Assembly (NCBI GenBank): GCA_000092065.1 | Contig: CP000581.1 | Origin: Ostreococcus lucimarinus | Taxonomy: Eukaryota | Direction: 5' to 3' (one strand) | DNA: 64,000 nucleotides | The notes under the pieces: model-generated | Databases searched by the model: none | Told to the model about the DNA's origin: nothing | What the model saw: the letters and a program-made list of their open reading frames with translations, nothing else | Translations under genes and position numbers: made by a program | Shown here: one piece after another, positions 24,595 to 35,753 of the stretch | Numbering within the stretch: the stretch's first letter is position 1 | Layout of the letters: each line of letters starts with the position of its first letter

Positions 24595-25284
24595 CTAGTA
24601 GGCGGCGACGCCGTAGATTGGGCCTCGAATGCGTCGAGCGAGCTGCAAATCCTTGGGCATGATGGTCACGCGCTTGGCGTGAATCGCGCAAAGGTTGCAG
24701 TCCTCGAAAAGATGCACCAAAAAGTCCTCCGTGGCCTCCTGTAACGCTAACAAACTCTCCGCCGTGTAACGCAACGGTTCGGGCGAGAGCTCGTTTGAAA
24801 TCTCTCGAACCTGCGAGTCGAGGGGAAAGCGAGGTTCGTCAGTGTCTGAGAGCGCGTCGGTCGAGCGCGGCGAGACGACGTTCGAATCGTTTACACCGTC
24901 TCGCGCGATGAAACGCACCAATCGCGCGAACGGCATCTTCCGAATCAACAAATCCGTCGTCTTCTGAAACCTCCTAATCTCCTTTAGCGCCAACGTCCCC
25001 GGGCGATAACGCCGCTTCTTCTTGTCTAACTCTGCGCGCGAGGGAAAACGCGCATCACGCACCGCAGTCAGTCTTACGAACACTTCGCGCGCGCGCGCGC
25101 GCCGTCGGGACGCGCCGCGCGCGGCGACGAGGCGAACGAGCGCCGTCGCGGACCCTTCGGACTCCAACAGCCATTGAAATTTCAAAAATCTCAATTCATC
25201 CTTTCCCACGCGTGCGCCTTCTCAACGCCCCCACGCGCGCGCGCGTCGACCCCGAACGTCACATACCTTGTCGCTCCGCGCCAT
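24595..25284 (-). CDS. Histone H3-fold variant (CenH3/CENP-A-like candidate), modelled with 3 exons
   Basis: Exons 25267..25284 (MARSDK), 24919..25029 ([37 protein letters not shown]) and 24595..24810 ([26 protein letters not shown]…[31 protein letters not shown]). Intron 2 (24811..24918) is 108 nt, GTGCGT…CAG with ACTGAC box (A at 24839). Intron 1 (25030..25266) has a GTATGT donor and ACTGAC box (A at 25068). The histone fold is certain; the N-terminal model is uncertain (0.4). Confidence 0.7.
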
Positions 25285-25627
25285 CCGCGCCCGATAATCG
25301 CCGCTGCGGCGCCTGCGTCGCGCAAAGTCACATAAATCGTCAGCGCGTTTCAAGTTTGAAAATCGCATTCGCCACCGCGCCTCGCCGCGCCCCTCTCCGC
25401 GCGTCCGCGTCGCCGCGCACCGCCGCGGAGGTTTCAAGCGTCACCCGCGCGCCTTCGCTCGCGTCGCTCGCGCACCTTGAACCGTTTCCCGTGGAGTCGT
25501 CGCGCCATATCGGCGCGAGTCGTCGAGTGCGGCGCCGCAGACGCGCGCGCGCGACGCCTCGATCGCGCCGCACGCCCCGCACGCGCGCGAGAATCGGTGA
25601 ACGGGACGAAGGAAGACATCGCGCGCC

Positions 25628-26855
25628 ATGGCGAACGCCACGGATCCGCTGGCGAAGACCGTGCGCGGGATGGACCCGCAGGTGCGTCGCGCGCGGCGGC
25701 GCGGATTCGCTCGAAACGACGCGCGAAACGCGCGAAACGCGCGTTCGCGAGGCGACCAGAGACGCGAGACTGACGATGCGATTCGCGCGCTCGTTTTCGT
25801 CGACGCAGAATATCATGGAGCGCATCACGCGCGATAAGGTGTACGCGATGACGTACTGGAAGGAGAAGTGTTTCGCGGTGAGCGCCGAGGCGCTCGTGGA
25901 CTTGGCGGTGGATTTACGCGCGGTGGGGGGAATATACGGCGGGAACAATCGAGCGACGGAGTTTCTGTGTCTCACGCTGAAGCTGTTGCAGATTCAGCCC
26001 GAAAAAGAGATCATATTGGAGTTCATAAAGAACGAAGACCACAAGTACGTGCGGTTGCTCGGGGCGTTTTATCTGCGCTTGGTCGGAAAGCCGACGGATG
26101 TATACCAGTATCTCGAGCCTTTATTGAACGATTACAGGAAGGTTCGGTATCGCAGCCGAGATGGCAAGTACGTGCTGACGCACGTGGACGAGTTTGTGAA
26201 CAACTTGTTGACGAAAGATATGTTTTGCGACGTCGCGTTGCCGCGGGTGCCGCATCGACAGGCGCTCGAAGCCGCGGGATCGCTCGAACCGCGCGTGAGC
26301 GCGTTAGAAACCGACGTGAAAGATTTAGAAGAGCAGTTGGAGAATGCGGTGGAGGAGGCGATCGGGCGCGAGATGCGGATGGACGTCGACGGGGACGACG
26401 ACGAGTTGGACACGACGGCGACACGAGACGCCGCCGGTAAGCGCCCACGTGAGGAGGATGAAGAGGGCGAGCTAGCGAACGCCTCCACGCCAGCGGCCAA
26501 AGTGAACCGGCGGCAACCAGTCGATCTTCACGATGAAGGAAACGCGCGCCATCGTTCGAGGTCGCCGCAGCGTCGCGGCGGCGGTGGCGACTACGGCGAG
26601 CGTCGCGGCGGCGGCGTGAGAGGGTTGTCGCGAGATCGCGGCGGAAATCGCGGTGATCGCGGCGAACATGCGCGCCCAGGCGATCATCGCGCTGATTACT
26701 TTCGCGAGTCTGAAAAAAAGGAAAAGAAAGAGAAGAAAGAGAAGAAGGAAAAGAAGGAAAAGAAGGAAAAGAAACCCGCCGCCGAGGTCGACCCAGAAAT
26801 CGCGGAGGCGAACGCCATTCGCGCCAAGCTCGGGTTAAAGCCCGTGCGAGGTTGA
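25628..26855 (+). CDS. PRP38: Pre-mRNA splicing factor PRP38, 2 exons
   Basis: Exon 1 25628..25681 (MANATDPLAKTVRGMDPQ) and exon 2 25809..26855 (NIMERITRDKVYAMTYWKEKCF…LCLTLKLLQIQPEKEIILEFIKNEDHKYVRLLGAFYLRL…). These match the PRP38 N-terminal domain. The C-terminus is a charged (EKK)n / RS-like tail. 127-nt intron, GTGCGT donor, ACTGAC box (A at 25773). Confidence 0.9.
26712..26775 (+). repeat. Purine-rich (GAAAAG/GAGAAG)n coding repeat giving the (EKK)n tail of PRP38
   Basis: gaaaaaaaggaaaagaaagagaagaaagagaagaaggaaaagaagg… encoding ESEKKEKKEKKEKKEKKEKK. Confidence 0.7.
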
Positions 26856-27083
26856 AAAACGTGCCAGCGTAGAGCAATAGCCGAGCAGACGTAGCGCGCG
26901 AGTTGTAATGATGTAAATCAGACCGATTCATTTTTATTTAAAAGCGTCAAAATTGTCCCGCGACGTCGGGCTTGCGCTCGCTTCGTCCGGTCTCCGCCTT
27001 CGCGAAGACGCCGGCGAAATGAGCAATATAGTGGTAGAGTGCGATGAAAATAGTATAATTCAAGTTTCGTTACGTTGTCCGTC

Positions 27084-28089
<1,006 letters not shown>

Positions 28090-28725
28090 ATGACGACGAC
28101 GGCGGCGATGCCGACGGCGGCGACGGCGATGAAGGCGCGCGCGTGCGGCTCGCGACGGGCGATCGCGGGTAAGGGCGTCGTCGCGACGACGCGGATCGCG
28201 ACGCCGGCGCGCCGTGGGGGGGTGGCGACGTACGCGGGCAAGGGTAAAGCGGGCGGACGACGCGGAGGGCCGGCGTCGCAGATGCAGCAGCAGGTGGAGC
28301 AGTTCATGCCGCCGATCGATCCGGATAACGAACAATTCGTGATCCACGTGCGCTCGAAGCGAGGGATTAAGGCTTGGTACCCTTTGAACGTGGTCACGGG
28401 CGGGAGCGCGGCGAACACGTTGGTGAAGGGGTTGGACAACGACATGTCCAAGGAGATGGCGCAGAAGTCGCTCTCGCAAAACATCGGCAAGGCCATCTAT
28501 AAGGATATGGCGGCGATCGATAAGGTTGCGCGATCGATGCCGATGTTGAAGCAAGCGAAGGAGATCGAATACGGTTTCAGCGTGCTCGACAAGGAGAACC
28601 CGCGGTCGATGTTCAGCCCGGCGAACGACAAGGTCTGGCTCATCCCGAGCGAAGAGGAGTGCGAGACGCCGGCTGACAAGTTCCAAGAAATGGGCGACAA
28701 CATGAAGAAGATGTTCGGTCAATAG
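28090..28725 (+). CDS. Conserved hypothetical protein with organelle-targeting-like N-terminus
   Basis: Start ATG 28090 is residue 94 of ORF 27811..28725. N-terminus MTTTAAMPTAATAMKARA… resembles a transit peptide. The mature part (…FVIHVRSKRGIKAWYPLNVVTGGSAANTLVKGLDNDMSKEMAQKSL…) has non-random composition. No family recognised. Confidence 0.5.
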   Translation: MTTTAAMPTAATAMKARACGSRRAIAGKGVVATTRIATPARRGGVATYAGKGKAGGRRGGPASQMQQQVEQFMPPIDPDNEQFVIHVRSKRGIKAWYPLNVVTGGSAANTLVKGLDNDMSKEMAQKSLSQNIGKAIYKDMAAIDKVARSMPMLKQAKEIEYGFSVLDKENPRSMFSPANDKVWLIPSEEECETPADKFQEMGDNMKKMFGQ

Positions 28726-28797
28726 ATGCCTCAAATTTGTTCATTCATACACACACAATCAATATCATATCATACGTTACGACACATTTCGTCGCGC

Positions 28798-30792
28798 TCA
28801 CGCGGCGCCCGCGTTGAACTCAAAACGAGGTCCGGGGACGAGCGTAATCTCGCCGAACGGTTCGCTTGCGTCTTGATACGCGGTGAGGTAGTCGGCAGCG
28901 ACGAGAACGAGGGTTTGGTAGAATAATCGCGCAGCTTTTGCCCGAGACAAGTGGTTGCGAACGCACAGATCCGTCACGCTCACGCTCTCCATTTCCGTAT
29001 CCGGTTTCTCAGCGGTGAAGACGGCGCGCGAGAGGAACTGCAACAGATTCAGGGACGCTTTGCCGATTTCGCGTGGCGTCGCGTGCGCGAACGTACCTTG
29101 GTCGTCCGTTTCGAGAAGTGAGGGCTGTTGAGACGGCGTCGTGGTCGTCGTTCGGCGGCGGTGCGATCCAGCTCGTGGTTGTTCGCCGAAATCGATTTCG
29201 CTTCCGAGGATGTGGTCGTAGTTATCCGGAATGGCGAGATCTTCATCGGGGTCTTCGGGAATGAACATGTCAGCAAGTTTCGAACCACTGTCCAAACCCA
29301 AACCAGAGCTGCGCCCTGACTTGTGAAAAGTGGAGGGAGTGATTTTTTCGCGGTTGAAAAATCCAGTCGTAAATCCAGAGCCGGGCGTGGACTTTTTTGC
29401 AGAAAGCACGGCGCGCATCTTTTCTGTCGACCGCACGTTTCCGTGTTCGTCATACATCACATCATGATAGTGATCACGTTCTTCATCACTTTCATACATG
29501 ACTGGTTCTTCACCGATGAATTGCTCAAACGCGAATCGCGCGTTCGGGTTGACGACGAAGAGTTCGAGCGCCGATCGCGCGCAGATCGAAGGATTCACCT
29601 TGAACGCTTCAGAGTGGAAGAAGAAGTCACGCTCTGCTTCTTTGCCTTCGATGACCGCCTCAGCAGTGTCCTCGTCTGGGCGTTGCTGAACGATGTCCCG
29701 CGTGCTGGAGAGCCACGCACGAAAGACATCCGACCCAAGATGAGTCTGGTTATCAAACACGAACACGCGAGTGCGAGCCATCGCGGCCGTACGACGTTTC
29801 TTCGCCTTGGGTTCAGGAAGCGCCATCATTCGCTCAGCTTCGGCTTCGCGCTCGCGCATGCGCTTCAACTGAGTTCCGATGGGTTCTTGTTCAAGTGGTT
29901 CCTCATCCTCCACGGCGAGCGGGAGCGCTTCTTCGAGCGTATCGTCGGCGCGCGCAATTTGATAGTCCATGTATTCTTCATCTTCTTCCTGTATGCTGAT
30001 CCGTCGACCATCGTCGCCGCGCATCGCAAACTCGTACTCGTATTGCTCGTCCATGCGCGCTTGATCTTCGTCCACGGGCATTTGTAACTCGAGAAGGTTG
30101 ATTCTGTCGTCGTCTCGCACGGTGAAGCGATCGCCCGCCGCGCCGCCCGCCACGTCGAACGCGTCCTCCAATTGCTCGCTCGCGACCATGTGAAACGCCT
30201 GCGAGTCGTACGCCTGCGACACATGCATGTGCTCAAATTCAGGTCGCGCCAATATATCACCATCGTACGCCATCGTCATGGTCGCGCGCGCGTCTCTTCC
30301 TCCCTCTGGTTTCTCGGGAAGAAGATTACGATCCTGGCGTTGCGCCCGCGACAACGCATTCAATCGCGACAACGTCTTCATGCAATCTTCATACAAGAAT
30401 CGCACCTTGCGCGCATACACCGCAACAACCCCTCGCATGAGCAACGCGGCCAATCGCAGCGCCTACGAACCGAACGTCTCGCCGCGCGCGCGCCGCGCGC
30501 GGGGGAACCGCCGTCGGTCAGTCTCGGACGCGAGAAACCGCGCTTCACTAAACCTACCAACGGCGTCGGCGGATTGATGATCGTCTCGCACGAATCGCGA
30601 ATAGAGATCGTGTTCGTCTTATTCCTCGTCATTCTGTCCGCCTTCTCCGGCTGATTCGCCAAAATCTGCGCGCGCGCCACCGCGTCGTCGTCAGTCTGCG
30701 CGCTCGCGCGCGCGCCGACGTTTAAACTTTGGACGCACCCAAATCTGCCCCATCGCGCCTTTCGCGCACAGGAGCTCGCTGGAGTAGAACAT
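28798..30792 (-). CDS. Rad21/Rec8-like kleisin (cohesin alpha-kleisin subunit), 3 exons
   Basis: Exons 30739..30792 (MFYSSELLCAKGAMGQIW), 30558..30665 (ILANQPEKADRMTRNKTNTISIRDSCETIINPPTPL) and 28798..30462 (ALRLAALLMRGVVAVYARKVRFLYEDC…). Together these reconstruct the conserved kleisin N-terminal domain. The C-terminal winged helix (SRAKAARLFYQTLVLVAADYLTAYQDASEPFGEITL) matches Rad21/Rec8 C-terminal domains. Introns are 73 and 95 nt (GTGCGT and GTAGGT donors), each with an ACTGAC box. Confidence 0.8.
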
Positions 30793-30974
30793 TATGCGCT
30801 ACGCGTTCGATCTCGCGTCGTCTCGCGTCGTCGCGCGCGTCGCGCGATCGACCGTCGTCGTTTGAAGTTTCGCCGCCTCGACCGTCTCGGAGGCGCTGAT
30901 CTGTGAGACAGCGCACAACACGGATTTCGAGCGTCGCGCGCGGCGCGCGAGCGCCGCCGCACAGCGCGACGACG

Positions 30975-31508
30975 ATGGCGAGCGCCATGGATGCGTTCCA
31001 GGGAATGCAAAGGAAACTTCAAGAGGAATCTCGCACGTACGAGAGTCTGGCGCAAGGTGCGTCGACGAAGACGCGACGCGCGCGTCGTGATTACGATTTC
31101 GATTGACTTGGGTCAACGAAACGAACGGCGATCGAGCGAGACCGTCGCGAAGACTGACGAGGGAAGACGCGCGCGCGCTGTGTGATAGAGATGAACGCGA
31201 ACGTGATCGCGCGTCAGCAAGCGCAGCAACAGCTGAGCGAGAACGAGATGGTGCTCAAGGAGCTGGAGTTGTTGGAGGACGAGGCGAAGGTGTACAAGCT
31301 CGTCGGGCCGGTGTTGATGAAGCAGGACCTCGTCGAGGCGCGAGGGAACGTGGAGAAGCGATTGGATTACATCAGGGCGGAGAATGAACGGTTAGAAAAG
31401 GCGGCGAAGGCGATGCAGAAGAAGCAAACGGAAAAACAAGAGGGAATTATCGCGCTGCAACAGCAGATGATGAAACTCGCCAATCCGAGCGGCGGCGAGA
31501 GCGCGTGA
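30975..31508 (+). CDS. PFDN6: Prefoldin subunit 6 (beta-type), 2 exons
   Basis: Exons 30975..31056 and 31189..31508. The spliced product (…IARQQAQQQLSENEMVLKELELLEDEAKVYKLVGPVLMKQDLVEARGNVEKRLDYIRAE…) aligns with prefoldin-6. 132-nt intron with GTGCGT donor and ACTGAC box (A ~31157). Confidence 0.8.
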
Positions 31509-31595
31509 GAAGAGAGATTGTCGTGCGGCATCGTATAAACAATAGAGCTATAGCTAATGATGAAAGAATAGGTAATCAATCATGTCCTAAATGTC

Positions 31596-33317
31596 TCAAC
31601 GCGAGCGGTGCTGAGATCGACCCTTCAGTAGTCGAAGACTCTGGCGCGCCTTGGCGACGCGCTCGCTGTATTCGCGCTTGCGAACAGTTTCTTCGTGCGT
31701 AGTCCGAATGAACTCTATGCGCTTGCGCTCGAGCAGCATGCGTTGCTGCTCTGCAGAGTTCGACACTTCGCGTAAAGTTTTCTCCCGGGCGGTCTGCGCG
31801 GCGAAAATCGGAACCATTTCTTCTTTGTACGCCTCGAACTCGGCGATCGACTTGGAGGCTCGAACGACAAAGTCTTCGTCCTTCACGCTCAACAACTTCA
31901 TGGGAAACGGATCCGGCGCGAGATCGAACTGCTCGAGAAATGTGTGCCTCGGGCGAATGCGTTGATCCAACGAAAGGGAAAAGTACGCGGGATACTTGAC
32001 GCACGTATCCTTGGAGCCGCCGAGCTCGTTCGTCAAGTACTTGAACTTTGGCCTAAGCGAGTCCTCGACCGAAAGCGAAAAGAACTGCGAAAGGCGCGTC
32101 ACTGTCAACGCAGTTTCGCTATCGTTCATGCCAATCTCGCCGAGAAATCGAAGCTTCTCTTCAAGATTTTCGAAAGAGTAGTGAAGCATCTGCGGGTGCC
32201 GCGTGATCATCTTCACCACGTTGTCCTTGCTTATACCGAGGTCACGCAAAAACTCCACGCGTGGCTGAATCTGGTTTTCAATAGAAAACGTCAACACTGC
32301 GGGCGACCGCTGGATCAACAGGGGGATATCCTCCGCCAAAATTCCAACCTCTTGCTTGAGATACTGCACGCGAGGCATCAATCCCTTTTGCACGCTGAGG
32401 TGTAAAATGCTTGGTTGCTTACCGAGCACGTCGGCCAACTTTTCCTGGGGAACACCGATTTTGGTGAGGTATCTACAGCGCGGAATAGAGTGTCGATTTC
32501 TCTGAAGCAAAATACGTGGATCCTTGTTCACGATCTGCCGTAAGTTTTTCTTCTCCAATCCGAGTTCGCTTTGCAAGTACTCCACGCGAGTAATCACTCG
32601 CGGCACCGGTCGATTGAGAAGCTCGGCGCAATTCACCACTACTTTTTCTAAATCCGCCGTCTTGAGACCGAGGGAGATGAGGTAACTCACCATCGGGCGC
32701 CACTGAGGCTCGAGAGCGAGCTTCTTGCTGAGCTTGCTGAACTGCGCGTCGCTCAGCGTCTCGTACTCTTGATGTTCCATCGTCTTCCAATCGACAAAAC
32801 TCTGCCAATCGCTCTTCTTCGCCGTCTTTCTCGCCGTTTTCTTCGCCGCGACCGCGTTCGCCGTCGTCGCCACGGGCGCCGGCTTCTTCGCCATCAACGG
32901 CTTCCCCAACGCCTGCCGACTACGCAATCGCAGCATCGTCGCCTCGATCAACGCGCGCGCCTCCTCCGCCGCCGCGTCTTTCGTCTCATCGCACTCTTCG
33001 TCCTCACCGAACGTCCCGATCGCACCGTCATCAAAAACCGCGGGCATCATCGCCGGCGGCGCCTCGCGTCCTCGCGCCGCGTTTCTCTTCGCGCGCGCCG
33101 CCGCCCTCGCCGCGGCGTCCTCGCCTTCGCTCGATTCCGAATCCTCCCCCGTCAGCGCTCGCGAAACCACCCCTCGCGCCTCACCGACGCCCATCGCGCG
33201 ACGCATCGACGACTCGTTCGTCCTCGTCGACGCTCGCGCGCCCGAGTTCGTCCTCGCGCGCGCGCCGCGCGCCGCCACCGCGCTCGAAATCATCCGCGGC
33301 GTCGCGAATCGCGCCAT
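31596..33317 (-). CDS. mTERF-domain protein (organellar transcription termination factor family)
   Basis: Start ATG 33317 is residue 167 of ORF 31596..33815. Contains multiple ~30-aa mTERF repeats (…LISLGLKTADLEKVVVNCAELL…YLTKIGVPQEKLADVLGKQPSIL…FLRDLGISKDNVVKMITRHPQML…). The N-terminal region is transit-peptide-like. Confidence 0.8.
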   Translation of the reverse strand: MARFATPRMISSAVAARGARARTNSGARASTRTNESSMRRAMGVGEARGVVSRALTGEDSESSEGEDAAARAAARAKRNAARGREAPPAMMPAVFDDGAIGTFGEDEECDETKDAAAEEARALIEATMLRLRSRQALGKPLMAKKPAPVATTANAVAAKKTARKTAKKSDWQSFVDWKTMEHQEYETLSDAQFSKLSKKLALEPQWRPMVSYLISLGLKTADLEKVVVNCAELLNRPVPRVITRVEYLQSELGLEKKNLRQIVNKDPRILLQRNRHSIPRCRYLTKIGVPQEKLADVLGKQPSILHLSVQKGLMPRVQYLKQEVGILAEDIPLLIQRSPAVLTFSIENQIQPRVEFLRDLGISKDNVVKMITRHPQMLHYSFENLEEKLRFLGEIGMNDSETALTVTRLSQFFSLSVEDSLRPKFKYLTNELGGSKDTCVKYPAYFSLSLDQRIRPRHTFLEQFDLAPDPFPMKLLSVKDEDFVVRASKSIAEFEAYKEEMVPIFAAQTAREKTLREVSNSAEQQRMLLERKRIEFIRTTHEETVRKREYSERVAKARQSLRLLKGRSQHRSR

Positions 33318-33813
33318 CCTTATCGCCGACTCGCGCGTTTCTCGCGCCTCCGCGCGACGCGCGCGCGCGGTCGCCGCGTCGCCGCGTTCGCGTCGCTCGC
33401 TCGCGCGCCTCGTGCGCGCGCGCGTCGACGCGCGCGACTGTGACGTCGCGATTCGACGCCGATTCGCCGACGTCGGCGGGGACCCCACCCCTCGCGCGCG
33501 CGCGCGCGGCATTCGCGCGCGCACGCGCGAGCCGCTCGACGCGACACGCGCGCGGTCGACGAGGGACGCGCGTTCGCGACGCGCGCGCGCGGAGCCGCGC
33601 GACGAGGCGCGCGCGACGAGGCGCCGCGCGCGCGCGCGCGGCGACGGCGGGGCGCGGCGGCTGCGGCTCGAACGCGCGCGAGGGAACTCGCGCGACGCGC
33701 GCGCCGAGCGACGGCGCGCGACGTGAGCGCGCGGTCGCGAGCGCGTCGCGAGCGCGTCGCGAGCGCGAACGGGCGGTGAACGCCGGTCGCGCGCGCGCGG
33801 ACGGGAGGGCGTC
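33318..33813. promoter_or_regulatory. CpG/(CG)n-rich divergent intergenic island between mTERF (-) and NUMOD3-like gene (+)
   Basis: 496 bp dominated by GCGCGC/CGACGCG repeats between divergent start codons. Confidence 0.3.
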
Positions 33814-35313
33814 ATGGCGACGGCCGCGCTCGGGGGTTTAGGGCGACTTCGCGCGGACGCGCGCGCGAAGACGACGCGCGCGAAGACGCGACGACGCGCG
33901 AACGCGCGGGGATCGCGGGCGAAGCTCGGTGCGCTGCAAACGCCGGTCGAGGGCGCGGATGGGGGCGCGAGCGCGGGAGAGGGGGGGTTGGAGGCGCGCG
34001 CGACGCCGACGCGAGGGAGGGACGCGGCGCGCGCCGCGAGCGCGCGGTCTTTGACGCGCGCGTCGGTCGTGGCGATGCGATCGGACGGTGCGCGAGGTTC
34101 AAATGGATCGGGTGGTGCGTTGAAGGAGATTTCGTGGACGCACTGCGTGGAGAATTTGGGTAAAGGCGATCCGGGAGTCGAGCACGACTACAAGAGGGTC
34201 GTCTTCGTGACGCCCGACGACGGTTTCATCATGGGCGCGCGCAAGACGCTGTACCACTTGAACGGCTGTCCTTGTCCGACGTGTAACGTCTTCAGATGTC
34301 GCGTGCGAAACGGCGTCGATATTAGCGGTGAGCCGATCAAGGTTGTGGTTATTAGCGAGAAGGAGTTTGAAACCTTGAAAGCCGTGGGTACGGTGAAGGA
34401 CATGGCCAAGGTGGAACAGTTGCGACGCCGTCGAATCGGTACCGCGAACACTGGTAAGGTGCCCTGGAATAAAGGCGGCAAGCATAGCAAGGAAACGATC
34501 GAAAAAATTCGCGCGACGACGCTCATGCACATGGCGAATCCCGCGTACAGAGAGCGCCTAAAGGCGTCGTACAACGGATCCAACGCTCGTCATTCCGAGT
34601 ACACGCGAGCGAAGATCAAGAGGGCGTCGGTGGAAAGAGCGCGGGCGCGAAAGCTAGAGACAGCTGGCTTGGAGTCCAAACAGGTCTGGGGCCTGAAGAG
34701 AGGTATGAACGGCGCGGCTTCAGCGGGGATATTCGTTCGCCGAAACTCCGCGGTGATGACGGTGACCTTTGGAGTCAACGGCACCGCCGACATCGCACGG
34801 CTTCGACAACGTCAAAAGGATGAAGAAAAGGTACGCCTAAAGACGCAACGCGAGTTGAAGAAGCAGCTCGTCGCCACGCTCGTCTTGAAGCGTCGAGCGA
34901 TGCGGAAAGTGAAGCCAAAGGTGGCCAACAAGCGAACGCGCGAGCACCGCGCGAAGATCTCTAAAGCCATCGCCGACAAGTGGCGCGATCCAGAGTACAG
35001 CGCGAAAATGCGCAAAAAACGCAAAAATTCCGCGGCTAGCGCCGCTTCTCAACAGCATCCGAGCGTCGATCCGGCGAAGAAGAAACTTCTCGCCGAAATC
35101 AAAGCGATGTATCTCAAGGCTGACGCCGCGGTGAAAACGTTGCGCGCTCGCGCCGACAACGGCCTCACCGTCGATCCAGCGATGCTCGCGCAAGCCACTC
35201 AAACGCGCAAGCAAACGCGCACGATGCTCGAGACCGTGCGAAAGAACATAGAACAGGAGTTCCAAGCTCGAGACGCCGCCGCCGCGGCGAAAAAGACGGC
35301 GCGCCCTCGGTGA
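33814..35313 (+). CDS. Conserved hypothetical protein with CPCPTC zinc motif and two NUMOD3-like DNA-binding motifs
   Basis: Motifs GKVPWNKGGKHSKETIEKIRAT and NKRTREHRAKISKAIADKW resemble NUMOD3 (nuclease-associated modular DNA-binding) repeats. Basic, coiled C-terminal half. The family assignment is tentative. Confidence 0.55.
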   Translation: MATAALGGLGRLRADARAKTTRAKTRRRANARGSRAKLGALQTPVEGADGGASAGEGGLEARATPTRGRDAARAASARSLTRASVVAMRSDGARGSNGSGGALKEISWTHCVENLGKGDPGVEHDYKRVVFVTPDDGFIMGARKTLYHLNGCPCPTCNVFRCRVRNGVDISGEPIKVVVISEKEFETLKAVGTVKDMAKVEQLRRRRIGTANTGKVPWNKGGKHSKETIEKIRATTLMHMANPAYRERLKASYNGSNARHSEYTRAKIKRASVERARARKLETAGLESKQVWGLKRGMNGAASAGIFVRRNSAVMTVTFGVNGTADIARLRQRQKDEEKVRLKTQRELKKQLVATLVLKRRAMRKVKPKVANKRTREHRAKISKAIADKWRDPEYSAKMRKKRKNSAASAASQQHPSVDPAKKKLLAEIKAMYLKADAAVKTLRARADNGLTVDPAMLAQATQTRKQTRTMLETVRKNIEQEFQARDAAAAAKKTARPR

Positions 35314-35710
35314 TTTCGGCGCGTCGCGCGCCCACACCATCGCCTCACCGCGCGCGCGCGTCATCCTATGATTTTAATACCCACCCATCGGATCATCGAT
35401 CGCGCGTCCCTCCCTCCGCGCGCGCGCGCGTTCGCGCGCGCGTCTCCCTAAAAACTTTCATCCCCCCACCTTCGCCCACAATACGACCACCGCGCGGCGC
35501 CCGACACCCGATCGCACATCTCGGTCGGTCGCCGCGCGCGAGGGCAAACTGATTTCGATCGTTTCGCGCGCGCGTCCGGCGTCACACGCGCGCGCCCGCT
35601 CGCCCGCGACGCCTCGCGCGCCGATCGTCGCGCCGATCGTCGCGCGATCGCGCTCTCCGCGCGCGCGCGGCGTCCCGGCGCGCCGACGCGAGCGCTCTCG
35701 CGCGCGCGCG

Positions 35711-35728
35711 CATTTAATTAAAATCGAA
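35711..35728 (+). promoter_or_regulatory. Isolated AT-rich TTTAATTAAAA element ~25 bp upstream of the proposed Sin3 ATG
   Basis: catttaattaaaatcgaa sits inside a >75% GC region. TATA-like candidate. Position from my reading of the sequence, ±2. Confidence 0.2.
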
Positions 35729-35753
35729 CCCGCGCGCGGCGCGCGGTCAAGGG

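Noticed and set aside
25030-25075. 46-nt intron model for the CenH3-like N-terminus (GTAAGA donor directly abutting the ACTGAC box, first exon MAVGVRRV…)
   Set aside because: Donor and branch point would be only ~6 nt apart, which is sterically implausible. The longer intron with a GTATGT donor at 25261-25266 fits the pattern of the other introns.
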